From: Kudoa neothunni
Lineage: Eukaryota > Animalia > Cnidaria
Assembly (NCBI GenBank): GCA_964304625.1
Contig: OZ199840.1
Location: 9,901,048 to 9,965,047 of the forward strand
Length of the DNA stretch: 64,000 nt
Direction: 5' to 3'
Numbering within the stretch: the first letter of the stretch is position 1; each line of letters begins with the position of its first letter. Positions 13,477 to 27,400 of the stretch are shown here, piece after piece. The translations under genes were made by a program, and so were the position numbers. Under the pieces are notes generated by a model, which was given only the letters and a program-made list of their open reading frames with translations, searched no databases and was not told the DNA's origin.

Positions 13477-14353
13477 CTATTGATTTTGTCTAGAAATCGC
13501 ATGCACGATATTTTCGTAACCGTGTTCATCAACAAACCAATGGATTCTTTTCAGGGAGTCATCAAATGTTGACTCATTTCTACACAGGACAGAAGCTGGC
13601 AGATTCAAATTGTTAGGTTTTCTGAAGCAAGCACCTAAAGCGTCTTGCTTTTCAGGCCCGAAAGAAACCACAAAAATTCTTTCACTAGCGTCTAACAAAG
13701 GCATAGTAAGTGTGACCCTATTAGGAGGTGGTTTTGGTGAGTTGCGCACAGGAGCAACCCAAAACTTTGATTCGATTTGGTCGTCAAAGTTTTGTAGAAA
13801 AGGACTATCGGGGAACAGAGAACAAATATGGCCATCACCACCCATTCCGAGAATCATCAAGTCAAATATTGGCACACCAGATGTGCTCTTTCGAGTGACA
13901 TTGGTATTAATTAGATCGCTGTATTCGTTTGCGCATTTTTCAATATCAACATCTGGGTTGATATGAAACACGTTGGGTGACGGAATTGAAATCTTCTCGA
14001 ATAAACACTGTGACAACAGTCTATAATTTGAATCTTTATCTAAATACATAAACATATAGACGATTGGATTTCAACAGATACAATCAGATTTGTAAGAAAT
14101 CAAATTGCCGACCTGTTAAAGGCACGTATCTTTCGTCGGCGAAATAAAAGTGATATAAACTGAGATTGTATTCGTGGGGTTTCAACTTGAGAAATGCCTC
14201 GGCAAATAAATTTGCAGCACTTCCACCGGAAAGTGCTATATTTCTGTGTTGACCGTCACAATTGCCACCGCCACTTGTGAACATATGGCGAAGTTTCTCA
14301 GCCAACTTGTCGGCTAAGTGGCGTTTCGAGGACGAGTGTTCAACGACAACCAT
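13477..14353 (-). CDS. PGLS: 6-phosphogluconolactonase (2 coding exons)
   Basis: Motifs IALSGGS, FADERYVP, FDLMILGMGGDGHICSLFP, NSPKPPPNRVTLTMP and WFVDE. Phase-1 intron at ~14042-14113. Confidence 0.95.
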
Positions 14354-16605
14354 TATCTATATTATCTATAGTGCTCAGTAGGTTGTGGACCTAATTTGTG
14401 AATCTGTTACCTAAGCGCTTTCCTGTAAAATTGCAATCGGATCCCGATTATAATCTCAACTTAATTTTCGTTATTGTCGAGGTTTAATTAGGCACACTTT
14501 TGATAGCGGTTAATTGCAGATTGAAAATTTACGATATCGTACGAATTGGTTCTCAATAAAACGAATTCGTCATTTTTATGCTATAGGTTGATCTTGTAAT
14601 TCTCACAGCTGGGACTATTGTATTTTAGATCCATTTCACACACTACACAACCACAACTAATGATCTATGAGTAACTTTACACATAACCTACTACTCATTT
14701 TAGTACTTTGGGTTAGCAACGGTACTAATCCATATTAATGAATAATCCAGTCATTAATATTTATTTCTTTTGAATGAGATTTAACGAATTAAGGATAGTC
14801 ATTTGTAATTATATTGCTTTGTTTAATTGAATTTTTTCTAAACACAAAGGATAACCTACTGTTCTCATGTGTTGTGCTATCAATTGCAATAATTTTGAGT
14901 AATATTCATCACAATTGCGTAAACATAAATCTTAATCTCCTATTTAATACCACAATAGTAATGACAATCATGTAATTTTACGAACACACATAGTATATTA
15001 GATTGTGAATGTAATTTCTAAGTGGAATATTTTGGAGAAATTGATTGTCATAATAGAACATTTTGAATTACTAACTTAAAATTCCCTCGATAAAAATAGA
15101 TAACGAACACAATCTTTTCGATAATCACATAATCAATATGTTATATTGGGGCATGAAATGAAGGAAATATTTCACTGATGCACGTATTAAGGAGGTGGTG
15201 TTGTCAATTCAATGCAGTCGGTCGTAAAAATCGTCTGCAGCTAAAATATCTAATTTGGCCATTAATCTCTTTATTATCTCAAAACAATGAATTGAAACCG
15301 CTATTCTTTTCAATTATTTTGTTTCCAAGTAAATTAATTATCACCTTACTGTAGTTTGAACAATTAATTAAATAGATTAATTGAAATGACTTCTCCAAAC
15401 TTTTTCAATTTAACAGCTATAAATTCAATATAATATGCTTTATTTTTGTCTTACGCAACATTAACACCAGTGTACAGGTTCGTGACTAATTGCATTGCCG
15501 AATAATGTGCGCGAGAACTAAACGAACTGGCAAAATAATTTTCTAAAAGTTATCAAAATGAAAACTTTTATTTATTTTGATGAATCTATACAGCAGCTTG
15601 ATTCAACGAAAAATATCACATTCTTTATTAAAACCTGTGTTAATTGCATATAATATCGTTTTAGATTTAAATAAGGATATATTTACTAGGATTTCGACAA
15701 GAATGTTCAATTTAATTACAATCCGAACTAAAAAATTAAAAAGAAATTTTTCGATTTATATATTTGCAATTCACAAAGGTAGTTTAGTTGCACATGGAAA
15801 TTTTGTTTAAGATGTTTGTTTTATTTATTTTTGTTTTTGGAGAAAAAATGACCGTAACACCACACCTTGTTTCCGTTTGTATACGTATAACTAACTTCCA
15901 AATAAGCTAAACTATCACAACTGGATGTAGAAAAATATTCTTCCATCATATCTCAAATTTCACTGCAATCTAAGTCATAATTCGTTAGAAGTTCATCGTA
16001 TAATTCTTCCATATCTAACGGCGGGTGATGATCGTTATTACTCGAGCAAGTACGGAGACATGAAGTTATATTTTTCTCTATATTTAATAGACTTATCATG
16101 ATAAATTAGAATGTGTTATTTTATAAAACTTTTTAAATATTTTATTGCGATAAAAGATGAGGTTTATTGGAAGCTATGCACAGCTTTGCTTAAGTAATTG
16201 ATATAAAATTCAAAATAAATAAAAAATTATAATTAAAACATAAATATATAACAATTTAAAAAAAATAATGATTGGACATCAAAAATGCTAGGGAGCTCAA
16301 GTATAGTATAACGACTCACAAATTATTGTTACGAAATAAGGTAATTAGTTGAGAGAAAATATTATCTCCTCCCACTAATATTTAAATAAATATTGTATTT
16401 AAATTAATTATATCTATTGGGAAATATTTGAGTTGATTAGTATTTCCTTGTTTTGTCCATTTTCAACAATTTAAATATAATCGTTAAAAAAGTGGTAAAA
16501 AGTTGAATTTTTGTAATAAAAAATTTTAATTTATCAACTTAATAAGCCAAAATCTGAGAAAAATTCTAGATACTAAAACTACGATAAAGAGGAAATTAAG
16601 AAATG

Positions 16606-17492
16606 TTAAATGGGTTCGAGAATTCCAGATTTGACAAAATTATCACACAAATGAGATTCCAAATAGTACTAAACATAATTAGCTAAAATCTCACGCTCAA
16701 ACAAAATACGATGGAATCTTTCCTAAAATTCACCACCTGACCATTAGCTAAAACTACATCTCCAATATTCTTTGAACATTTCACCTAAATCTCGGTGTAA
16801 TCACAAATCTCTCGGTATCTTTTGGGCTACCTCCATGAAATAAGAAAGTGGTGGGTCAAATATCTAATTGAATTGTCGTCAAAAAGATCAACGATAAAAA
16901 ACCACTTTTGTCATGTCAATTCCAACAACTTTCGAATAGTCATCGATATTTTGAGTGTAATTTTTGTACCAATCATTCTTATTGGTATAGATGAAAGTTT
17001 GTACATTCAAATTTTCAATTACTTCCAAATTGGTGATGCTTTTCTCAATAGTAGGGGGTAACGTGGAAATGTAGGACCAGCGTATCTGCTTCAAATACAT
17101 AAGTCTGTGATAGCTAAATCGGTCCTAATTAAGCTTAAAATTAAAAACAAATAACCTACAGATAATTTAATAGGCAACGTTTATTGAATTCAATAGAAGA
17201 ATGTCTAATTTGTATTCCTGGTAGAAAGGCCATATTGTCGTCAACTGACGCAGTTCTACGCATAATGTAATAAAAAATTGTTTGTTTCTTTGTATAATGG
17301 AAGTGTTACACTTCATTCATATTTTTTTGGTAAAGAGCGCCAATTTCATCAACCACGCCACCAACTGCTGAATCCTACAACTAATTGGTTCAAATGTTCT
17401 GTAGACGAAACAACAACATTAAAATCGAGAAAATTATCATCTGAATATCGTTTCAATTCTTTTACTAATTGCAAACCATGTAGTCGAAACAT
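16606..17492 (-). CDS. GINS1: DNA replication complex GINS subunit Psf1 (~8 exons)
   Basis: Manual splicing gives MFRLHGLQLVKELKRYSDDNFLDFN|DSAVGGVVDEIGALYQKNMNEV..LPGIQIRHSSIEFNKRCLLNYL|YHRLMYLKQIRWSYISTLP..WYKNY..GIDMTK|IFDPPLSYFME|VKCSKNIGDVVLANGQVVNFRKDSI|YYLESHLCDNFVKSGILEPI*. This is colinear with Psf1 hallmarks (RNxRCxxAYL, RW, PPKSLYIEVRC, G-x-LE). Confidence 0.9.
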
Positions 17493-17635
17493 GTCAGCAT
17501 AAATTGCGCTTGCGCCCCGCATTAATTTTTATTTCTTCACGTTCAAAAATGCGATTTTAACATTTTACTACGTATTATTTCTATCTGTTTATAAAACAAA
17601 TAAAATCTTAGTTACAAATATTGGATGCGCAAATT

Positions 17636-17968
17636 TATATATATATATATATATATATTCTTTATATATTCTTTATATATTCTTTATATATCCTTTATAT
17701 ATTCTTTATATATTCTTTATATATCCTTTATATATTCTTTATATATTCTTTATATATCCTTTATATATTCTTTATATATTCTTTATATATCCTTTATATA
17801 TTCTTTATATATTCTTTATATATCCTTTATATATTCTTTATATATTCTTTATATATCCTTTATATATTCTTTATATATTCTTTATATATCCTTTATATAT
17901 CCTTTATATATCCTTTATATATCCTTTGTATATCCTTTATATATCCTTTATATATCCTTTATATATAT
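17636..17968. repeat. (TA)n followed by an 11-bp minisatellite ATTCTTTATAT / ATCCTTTATAT
   Basis: About 28 tandem 11-mers. It generates the spurious low-complexity ORFs 17621-18007 and 17625-18020. Confidence 0.95.
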
Positions 17969-18119
17969 AGGAGAAAACTTAAGTGTTCCAACAATATTTT
18001 GTGTTAATGCGAAAAGATAATATAATATTAGAGTCCAATATAGTTATGCATGTATGTGATTAAAGTTTGTATTTTATCACTTAAGCTTAAGGATTCACGT
18101 TTTCAAAAAATAAGGCGGC

Positions 18120-19309
18120 AATGGTTGATATTAAATCAAACGATGAGTTTTTTTTGCTTATAAATAATAATGAAATTCTATTTAACTTCTTGTTTTCGAA
18201 AAAAAATCGTCCATGACCTTCCAAAACAATGTAGAAATTGTAGAGGTTGTGACACAATGTATACCTCTACAAGAAAGAGAAAGGAAACTAGCCAATTAAT
18301 TTCTTCATTAAATAATGTTGAAAACATAGTTATATACATATGTAGAAAGTAATTGAAATACAATAAGTTTATTTTATTTAAATAAGACAGATGTAAAACA
18401 AAAAAAACCTTTTTTACCGGAAATAATGAGGGAACACAACAAAAATTATCTACCAAGAATACCTTAAAGATCTTGTATTATTGGTCTTTAAATAATACTA
18501 TTGAATCAATCTCATCACTGGTTTCTGTCTCCAAAAAATCGAGTATAAATTGGTTTATTAAAATTCGAACAATTTCCTCAATCGACAAAAATTCGGCGGT
18601 GATGGATACATTATTGAAATTGATGTAAGTCTATTACATGGCAAAAGAAAAAATAACAGGGGTCGTTACTTGAATGGAGATTCTTGGAAACATTCTACTA
18701 CAAAGGAAATTTTTATCCCTGAGAATGAAGTGACAGTAATATGAAAAAAAGTTTAATTAATTTGTTATATCTTCTAGACGGATGGAAGTGGAAGTGGAAG
18801 TGAGTATCGCCCTGATTGTGGAGAGTTGTCTGACGAATATACATATATATATATATATGTTATTTAACTATACGATAGTAAATTTTATAAGTTAGCTCTA
18901 TGTTCGAATTCTGAAAAATATGGGAATAGGGTGGACGGTTCCTGGGTTTTTGGTCTTTGTTTGTGCTCAGTTGATCCTGATGGGAGAAGGACTCTAAAAG
19001 AGGTAAGGTATTTCAATGTTTAAAGAAGAAATCATGAAACTCTGATACCAATAATTGAGAACGAGACTACAATCACATTCGAATCAACCATTCCCAAAGT
19101 TATTGTATTAATGGCAACAACATTCGAATACTATCGAATGTTGATGGGGTCGGCTCAAACTTAAGATCCTTAAAATAAAGAGAGGTGTGAGTCGACTAAA
19201 TTTCGATAGTTACCTGCATGAAGAATGGTTCCGATCTATTATGGGTGGGAAACTCAATTTATTTAACAACTATATGAATATTATTAATAAATATTACCCA
19301 ATTGAATAA
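18120..19309 (+). pseudogene. Degenerate Merlin / IS1595(ISXO2)-like transposase
   Basis: FGGDGYIIEIDVSLLHGKRKNNRGRYL (~18592-18672), YGNRVDGSWVFGL, KEVRYF and YLHEEWFRS. Contains frameshifts, stops and an internal deletion. Homologous to 39655-40941. Confidence 0.85.
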
Positions 19310-20280
19310 ACCGTCAGATTTTATGCGCAATAAAAGCATAATAAATGTCTAAAGTTGATTGGAATAATTTTCTCGATCTAGCATCATAAATATATGGGGA
19401 TATTAATGACTTCGTATGTGACGTGAAAAATCAATTTTACCAAATAAGACCTTTATAAATGAATATACTATGATATAATGAGGGTGTTAAAATATAATTA
19501 TAAAAGAATAAATAACATTCAAATCATAAAACTTTTAAAATATTGTAATAGAATGCACAATTCTATAGGCTTTATGTTAACTGATTTAATCATGCCTAAG
19601 GTATATTTTTGAACGTTTTGTGAAAAAGATGTATTATCTTTAAAATGATTTTTAACTTTATGCATATACAAGAAACATTTGGAGTAGATAGGAAAAAAAT
19701 TGCCACAAGATATAATAATTATTAGTTAAAATAAAATAATATGTTTAGCTCATTTCGGAAAATGTAAAATATTATCTACTTTTTGGTAGAAAATTGTCTA
19801 TAAAAAAAATTATAAACTAAAAAAAACCAAAATTCTTTCGTAAAATTCTTTATAAACTTTGATTTTTCCATTTTAAATCTGTATATTGTGAAAATTTCCA
19901 AAATAAAATGATTCAATTTTCAATTTATTAAATCGGCAAATAAGTAGATTTCACATATTTTGAAAATCATTTTCAATAATTAAATAGGATAACTTCACAA
20001 AAACATTAATTTAAATTGGTTAAAACGGGAAAACAATACCTAAAGTAGTATCATAAATGAGATTAATACAACATACATAGGATTATGACAACGAATTTAG
20101 GAAAAATTAGAAACAACAACAAAAAATTTATTTATTTTTATATGCTGCAACTTTGTAAAGAGAATGAACTATATCTAGAAAAAATCATGACATCACGCAG
20201 AATTTGGGTGGCCGGTAAGTACACCATTACCCTCATATCATTATTTGACGAGGTTTTCAAAAGTTCATATAATTAGTATT

Positions 20281-20520
20281 TTGTGAAGCAATTTTAGGGA
20301 AGACCCCCACGCTTTCATTGGCGGAAATTCGTCATACCATTAAGTATATCCGTTGCAATAACCATTGCATTGGAAAAAACCCATGGTTGAATATTAAAAA
20401 AATCCAAGAATTAAACAATATTTTATGGTAGTATCGTATTTATAAAAAAAGAAATTTATTCTATTTTCCCAAGAAAAGGCTCTGCAGAATTTCCGGATGA
20501 AAACGGAAGAGGACCAAGTT
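20281..20520 (+). mobile_element. Possible highly decayed non-LTR retrotransposon RT fragment
   Basis: TLSLAEIRHTIKYI and IFPRKGSAEFP resemble the pre-RT 'EIxxAI' and 'IPKKG' motifs. Weak similarity. Confidence 0.25.
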
Positions 20521-21465
20521 CTCAATTATTGACATTGCTTAAGTCGGATTAAGTCGGTTACGATTCTAATCTAAATCAAACGAAAGAAAATTAAAACTAA
20601 TTAAAGAAGAAAACAGGAAAGTCGCAAATAATGTAATAAGTTGCAAAATGAATTCTGGGATTCTCACTCTGGATTTTTAATTATACATTTTACCGTTCCT
20701 AAGTTTAACTTTACATCGTAACTATATTTAATAATTAACTTTACCAAACATATGTTGAGACACAGTATTCACAACAACCATTACAGTGATCCTATCCACA
20801 GTATGGTAAAGAGGATTAAAGTTCGTGATTCAATCAACAATTTTAAAACGTAACTTCTCCCATATGGATAGAATTTTCTCAAACTTAATAGTAAAAGATT
20901 GTTTTCTATTAAAACATTAACAAATATTTGGCATCAATTAAAGACAAACCCTGTTAATCGCAATATATTCAATCCAATGATCGATCGGATTGTTGTTTGT
21001 TATACTTCAAGGTAATCCCTGTAGGTGAGAAAGAACAATGTCATCAGGTAACGTGACAATCAGCTGTCTATCGGGATGGAATAACGCAATTATTGCTTAT
21101 TGCCACTTGATAAGTGTTATTAATATTCAAGTTAATGAATTTTAATTGGTAAAAAACACCCAGATTAAAAAAAGTTTCAGTTTAATAGTTAGTGGTGGAA
21201 TTTTTGATTATTCAAAAGCTGAGAGATTTAAAAAAAAATCTATAGGTTGAGCATAAAATTCCAACAAATTCGGTACGGCATACACATCACAAACACACTT
21301 TTGATCAGAACATCGGGATTTAATCGGCTTGTGGAGATAAATTATCGTCGATAGGTTATTGACCTGTGTCAGTTGAAAAAACTAACTTAACTATCCAAAT
21401 CTAACAGTTAGTCTTTTTTATAAACTCAAATAAATTTATAAATTTTTAGTTTTCCAGTGGATTGA

Positions 21466-24400
21466 ATGTCGGAGTTTTATTGTGGATGTTTAGTGACTAA
21501 ACATTCATGGAAGGGAAAGTATTTTTGTGATACCCATCGTTGTATTTTATAATTTTCATGTCATGTTGTTGAAAGATATAAACGATTGCTATGCGTTACA
21601 AGTACCCATTTGAACACGTACAATCCAAACACTCTCGATTTGACAAATTCTGTAATTTTTACCTCATTTCATGATAAAATTTATTTTTTTGTACGCAATG
21701 AAAAAATAGTGGCCAATGGAAGAGATTGTTTCTGTGTTTGTGAATCCTAAGGCCCCTGGGTCAAACGAATTTTGTGTTTCATTCAAAAAAAGTATCAATC
21801 TCTTAGGGGGTTTTTTCTCAGATATTATTTACTCAAAAATGAATGTAGGTAAAATGCTCACATTTTCCACTAGCCACTATGAAACTGTTATAAGTGAACT
21901 TTTGGTATATTTTTATTTGATCGAGAAATAATTTTTTAATCTATTAAACGAAACAGAGAAATAAAAGGAAGTTTTCTCAGCAAAATTCTGAAGTCGATGA
22001 TATTGTATTTATACGAATGGGTTGTTTGGGTGGAGAATGATGACTGTGTTTGTATTAAGAAATTCCAAGGTTCGAAAGTGCTAAGATCGGGGAATTCGAT
22101 CCCAGTTATACTGATGGTAACATCGTGCGGTTTGGAACAATGGAGTGTTTCGTTGAAACGACGAATTGCTGTCTATTTCTATAAAGATATTGAGTTCATA
22201 ATTCCAGTAAATAGATTTTAGCTGGTTTGTGTCGGTTGAATGTTGTTCTAGTTGAAAAACAGAGAAACCGGCTTCATCATACAGCATTCGGTCACCAAGA
22301 GAAAAGTAGTTTTTGTCGTATTCACTTTTATTGAGTTTGAATTATTTGAAGCGTGCTTTTTTGGTGAAAAACTACAATCAACTGGTTTCTCGAATGTCCA
22401 CCTTGTCTTTGCAATATTTGGGACATCGAATCAAGTAACATTTTCCTTTCTAATCAAAAATTGATCTTACAAATTTGTTGATTTGGAAACTTTTAGCTTT
22501 CAAACCGAAGGACTTTCAATGGAACAGTTGCAAGATATTAAGTTTGGGATTTTTTCGTAATTTTAAACTTATCAAGCTAAAAAATAGATAATTATCATTA
22601 TTCTCTTTATAATAGTGATGATGAATCGATGAGAGTTTGTGCTCAGTTTCCTGTCACAAAGCTCACCATTCGAAATGAGGTAATAAGAAACTTGGTGATC
22701 ATTTTTCATTTGTCGATTTTTGACTAGAATAATGTTTCGAGGATTTTTTCAATCTCGGAAAATTGTTTCATTGAACATGACCCTGAAACCTACAGACCTG
22801 TGACTGTTAAACCCTTAAATATTGTGAGCTTCTCCGAATTTCAACTATGCTTAATTAAAATTATAATCGAATAGATATGGCGCATCATTCGTTGCATGGA
22901 CAACCCTCAAATGTTCGGCATTGAACTCATCACATCTCGACTGGATTCCACACTCTATTATTGCTGTGCTGAAAGGGACGTGCTTTTGTCAACTCTGATT
23001 GATGTCATTAGAATGAACTGCTCTCCGGATATCTACATCCAATGCACTAACATGAAAAATGGTATGATTTTTCGGGAATTTTTTAGATTAATATTTAATC
23101 TTTTTAGTTCCTCGATTTTATATTCCTGGGCATGTAATAGACGAAACAATCGAAATGTTACACCTTAAAATGCTGATCGAACAAGGTAGATACATTGTGA
23201 TTAACAACTGAAATCAATCAATCAATCGATGTATAGAAAATAAAATCGAGTCTATCATTCGTTTCAACAACAACATTCCCTATAATGGAATTGTGAACGC
23301 AGAAGATTCACCAGATGTTTGTTGCTTTGTGGGACTCCTGTTTTAACACTCGCTTAGAGTCTTATTTTTAAGGATAAAAAACAACGATTGGTTATCAGTG
23401 CTCTCACATCTATTCTTTCTTTGAGTATGTGTTGAATTTAATAATTGATGCTTTTCAATGTCGTCTAGCAAACATTGAAAAATTTTCCAACGCCGAAATG
23501 GAACAATACCTTCAATGTCTTCGGAGAATATTTGCCACCAAATACGGCTATCAATCATTCACATCCAATCCACTGTATTTTTTCATTGACTGATATTTGA
23601 GCTCTCTTATTGCTGAATAGATATATGAAAAATCTGGGTGGCTGTATTGTCAAAGCCCTGAAACGAGAAAACGAAGATGTCTCTTATGCTGCCATTGAAA
23701 TGCTCAACTCTCTCCTTCATGTATGTTTTCTAATCAAAGATTATATTTCATGTAACAAAAATGAATCTAGCCTATGCACAATAACTATGAACTCTATTTC
23801 GAACAACAAAACAAACTCTCCATACTCTCCTCGGTCAAATTCATTCAAACTATTTTCAACACGCTTAAAACTCACATTGAGCGTGGAACAGGCGCCCTCA
23901 TCATCAGCTCAATCCTAGATTTTATTACGTTTATAATATGCGAACCTTATAGGTAATTATGTGTAGTTTTTGAGTATGTTCTCATTGAAAATCAGTGATA
24001 CTACCGAAGGAGGTCAGTTTGATCAACTGATCGGAGAATTGCTACAAATTGGAAGAATTCTATTCAAACTATTCAGTGTAAATCTCACTACAATTTTTTA
24101 TGACAACGTTTGCTGCTAAAAGTATCTAAACTTACTCTGATTCATTTAGCATCCATCTGGATCGATTGTCAAATCCGCCGGATTGATAATGCAAGCTATT
24201 ATCAAGGAAGCTGACCCTGACATTGTGTCAAAAATGCAGCATTTTGCTCTGTCAGAGGGAATCTACACTAGATATCTACTATCAGCATTGTTCACTGACC
24301 CCTCTGACACACGCCAAATGATTAACAGGTATGGAGTCGTTTAGTTATCGTCAAATCTCATGTATTTACTTTTCTAGACAATTAAGTAGGAGACTCCTTG

Positions 24401-27400
24401 CTTTGTGGCTCCAGGATAGTTCCTATGGTAAACTACTACTCAAAAGAACTTTGGTATTTTATAATTGGAAGGGTGGTGTTTATTGAGCGTATTCTAGCCG
24501 CTGGGATTGGTCAACTTTTTGGACAGCGAAGAAGTCGGTACCGATGCTCTAGATTTGGAAGCATTTAGAGACACCTTGTCGGTTGCTAGTTCGGTATTTT
24601 GTTTTTATTGTTGTTAACAGAATGATATTTAATTCAATTGGATTATTTAGATAATCAAAGGAGGAGTTGAAGCCAAACTTAAATTTGCTCTCGATCAAAC
24701 TGAACGTTTTCTCAAACATTGGCATGTTCGTATCAGCCACAAAATGGGAAAAGAAGTAAAACAACGAGAGGTATCACTTGGTTATATCGGTTCTCAATGC
24801 TTTGACTGTTTTATTCAATTGAAAATGAGTTCTCGTATATTTAAATAATTTAAATAATTAAGTATGTGAATATACGTTTATTGAATTATATTTTCGGATC
24901 AAATAATTCTATAGTTAATAAATTAATTGACTTTTTCATAACTGCTTATGTATATGTTTAGTCATTTATTTATATAAAAATATAGTTGATTTAATTAGTT
25001 ATTTATTTAAACGTGGATTTAAATATATTTTCGATTATATTATAACTTATAATAATAATTAATATTAAATGATTGTCTTTATAAGAAATAAACGGATATG
25101 AAAATTTTATACTAGAAATTTGAAAATGATTGGATCAAGTAGTATTATACAATTCTGTAATGAATGTTTCAAAAATAATGAATTATTGCAAAGTGAGATA
25201 TATTTGATTTCTTATTCAACCGCCAAATCAATTGTTTGTTATCGTAAGTTTTTATTAAAATTAATTGAATGCTCCTACAAATTACGATTATTAAATTTGG
25301 AACGTTTTTTATGGTGGATCGAAAACGCGAATTTACTATCGTTAATTATAACCACATGACATCGTTAACCTTCTAGCTATAGGTAAGAATTAATCAGGCC
25401 CCTTCGGAGTATAACTGGGACCCAAATGTACCACCCCAGTTTACTTAGAGGGTTAAAGTTATTCCTAAAATTTTCCACTGTTATATAATTTATTTATATC
25501 TGATTGTAGTACAAATACTCACAAAAAATGAGTTTAACTTGATTTTTCTGAAGATCCACTCAAGTTAAGTCAAGTCACTCATTAATATTATGATTTATAG
25601 CGCCATTTTTAATTGTATGTATGAGTTAAATCTGATGAGGTTTTATCTTTCCATTATATTTTAAATAAAGCAGGCAATATCTCATTGTTTGAATACTGGT
25701 TTCTCATTCTTCCCTTCATTTCCGATATTATAATTGCCATTTTCGCGCCATTATTCATACTTCTTGTAACTTTAGTCTTATTATTTCTCTTTTTGTTATA
25801 ATGATCCGAAATTATATACTGATTTCCTTAACTTATATTCAACATATTAATGTATCCGAAACTGTGTGACAAATATTGTTTTAATCATTAGATTATGAAT
25901 TTATATGAATTAAAGACTGACTGCTGTTATTAAAATTCACAAATTTTAATTTAAAGGAAATGACTGTTTTCATGTTAAATAATATCCTGGTATTACTAAA
26001 TTTGGTTATATTTATTTCTGTCTCATCGTTTTCCCCCTTTAGGGACCAGAATGAATTAAATAGGGAGATTCTAAAAGATTAAATCTGTGTACAGCTTGTA
26101 AGCAAGAGTTTATAAAAATTCAAAAATGTCATCGTTTAGATATAATTTATTTTATTAAATTACTTATTACTTTTTGCATATCAATATATATCAACGCTAG
26201 TTCTAAACTTAACATCAAACATCTAGAAGAATCAAAAATATAAGCACCAATGGACACTTCCTAATTTTTCGAATAATTAAATGCATCGAATGGGTCTATT
26301 CCGAATTTTAATACATTATTTTCGACTTTTTATATCTTTGTGAAATATTTTATTGTGTGAAGCAACAAGAGGTATCCTCATAAATATTGGTTTTAACATT
26401 CTATTGATTTTGTAGAATAAAATAATAGTATTGACTATTTTTAAATAAATATTATAATTTATTAAATAAATTTTAAAAATATATTAATATTAATTAATTG
26501 AGTTGACAAATATAACAAAATAAGCCAAAGCTATTGATAACTATTGATGTTGATGCTGTGGGTCGGTCGGTCGGTCGGTCGGATGTAATGACACGTATTA
26601 ATAGACTGAAAAAGACAAAGAACGAGTGTTGACTCTAAGAAACCCCCGCAACCGTGTAATTATAACGCTTAATTGGAACCTTTTTTATCAAAAGTAATAA
26701 ATTTTCAACTATTTCTACCATTAAAACACATTTGTATTTGTAGATTCTATCAAGATCATTACCTCCCTGAACTCATATGGAATCATAAGACACGAGAAGA
26801 ATTGAAGGAAGCGTTGGAAGCCGAGTTAAGAGCATTTTCAGTGGACAAAGATCTCTCAAGGAATGAGTTGATATCGTGGAACTTTGATGAATACATGGTC
26901 ACCTATGGATCGCTTCAAGATCAACTCATAATTGGTAATCTTTATGTGAGACCACTTTTGGAGAACAACCAAGTGACCACGATAAACGATCCAATTCCAT
27001 TCTTCTACAGCCTCTACCATTCTTACTTGCAGGTTTCGAATGTAGAGCTTAAGATGATATGTCTTCAGGCGCTCACCAAACTTTACCGTTATAACCACGA
27101 AACAATCAGTGAGTTTAATGATCTGAAATACATTGTGGAACAGCTGATGCGAACCACCAGCAAAGTGTTAAGGGATAGATTGGTGCTATTCTTGGTGGAG
27201 TTATTGAAAGAGAAAAGTAACGTCAGAAAGTTTATTGAATATGGTGGGCTGAGTATGTTGGTGGACTTGGCTACACTCGCTCATCTGCATTCCTCCCGAC
27301 CGAGAGTACCACTTCAGAACAACATGATTGTTGGAGGAGTTAATTTAGAGTCCGACAGTGACATCTACAAAGAGTGGTATGTGACATCGAAAAATGAAGG

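Noticed and set aside
14354-14415. Trans-splice acceptor immediately before the PGLS start codon
   Set aside because: A good donor (AG|GTAACA) lies ~54 nt upstream, so it is explained as an ordinary 5' UTR intron.
17636-17968. CRISPR-like array
   Set aside because: Pure tandem repeat with no unique spacers, in a eukaryotic context with no cas genes.
17621-18020. Two 128-131 aa Tyr/Ile/Leu-rich ORFs
   Set aside because: They are translations of the 11-bp minisatellite.
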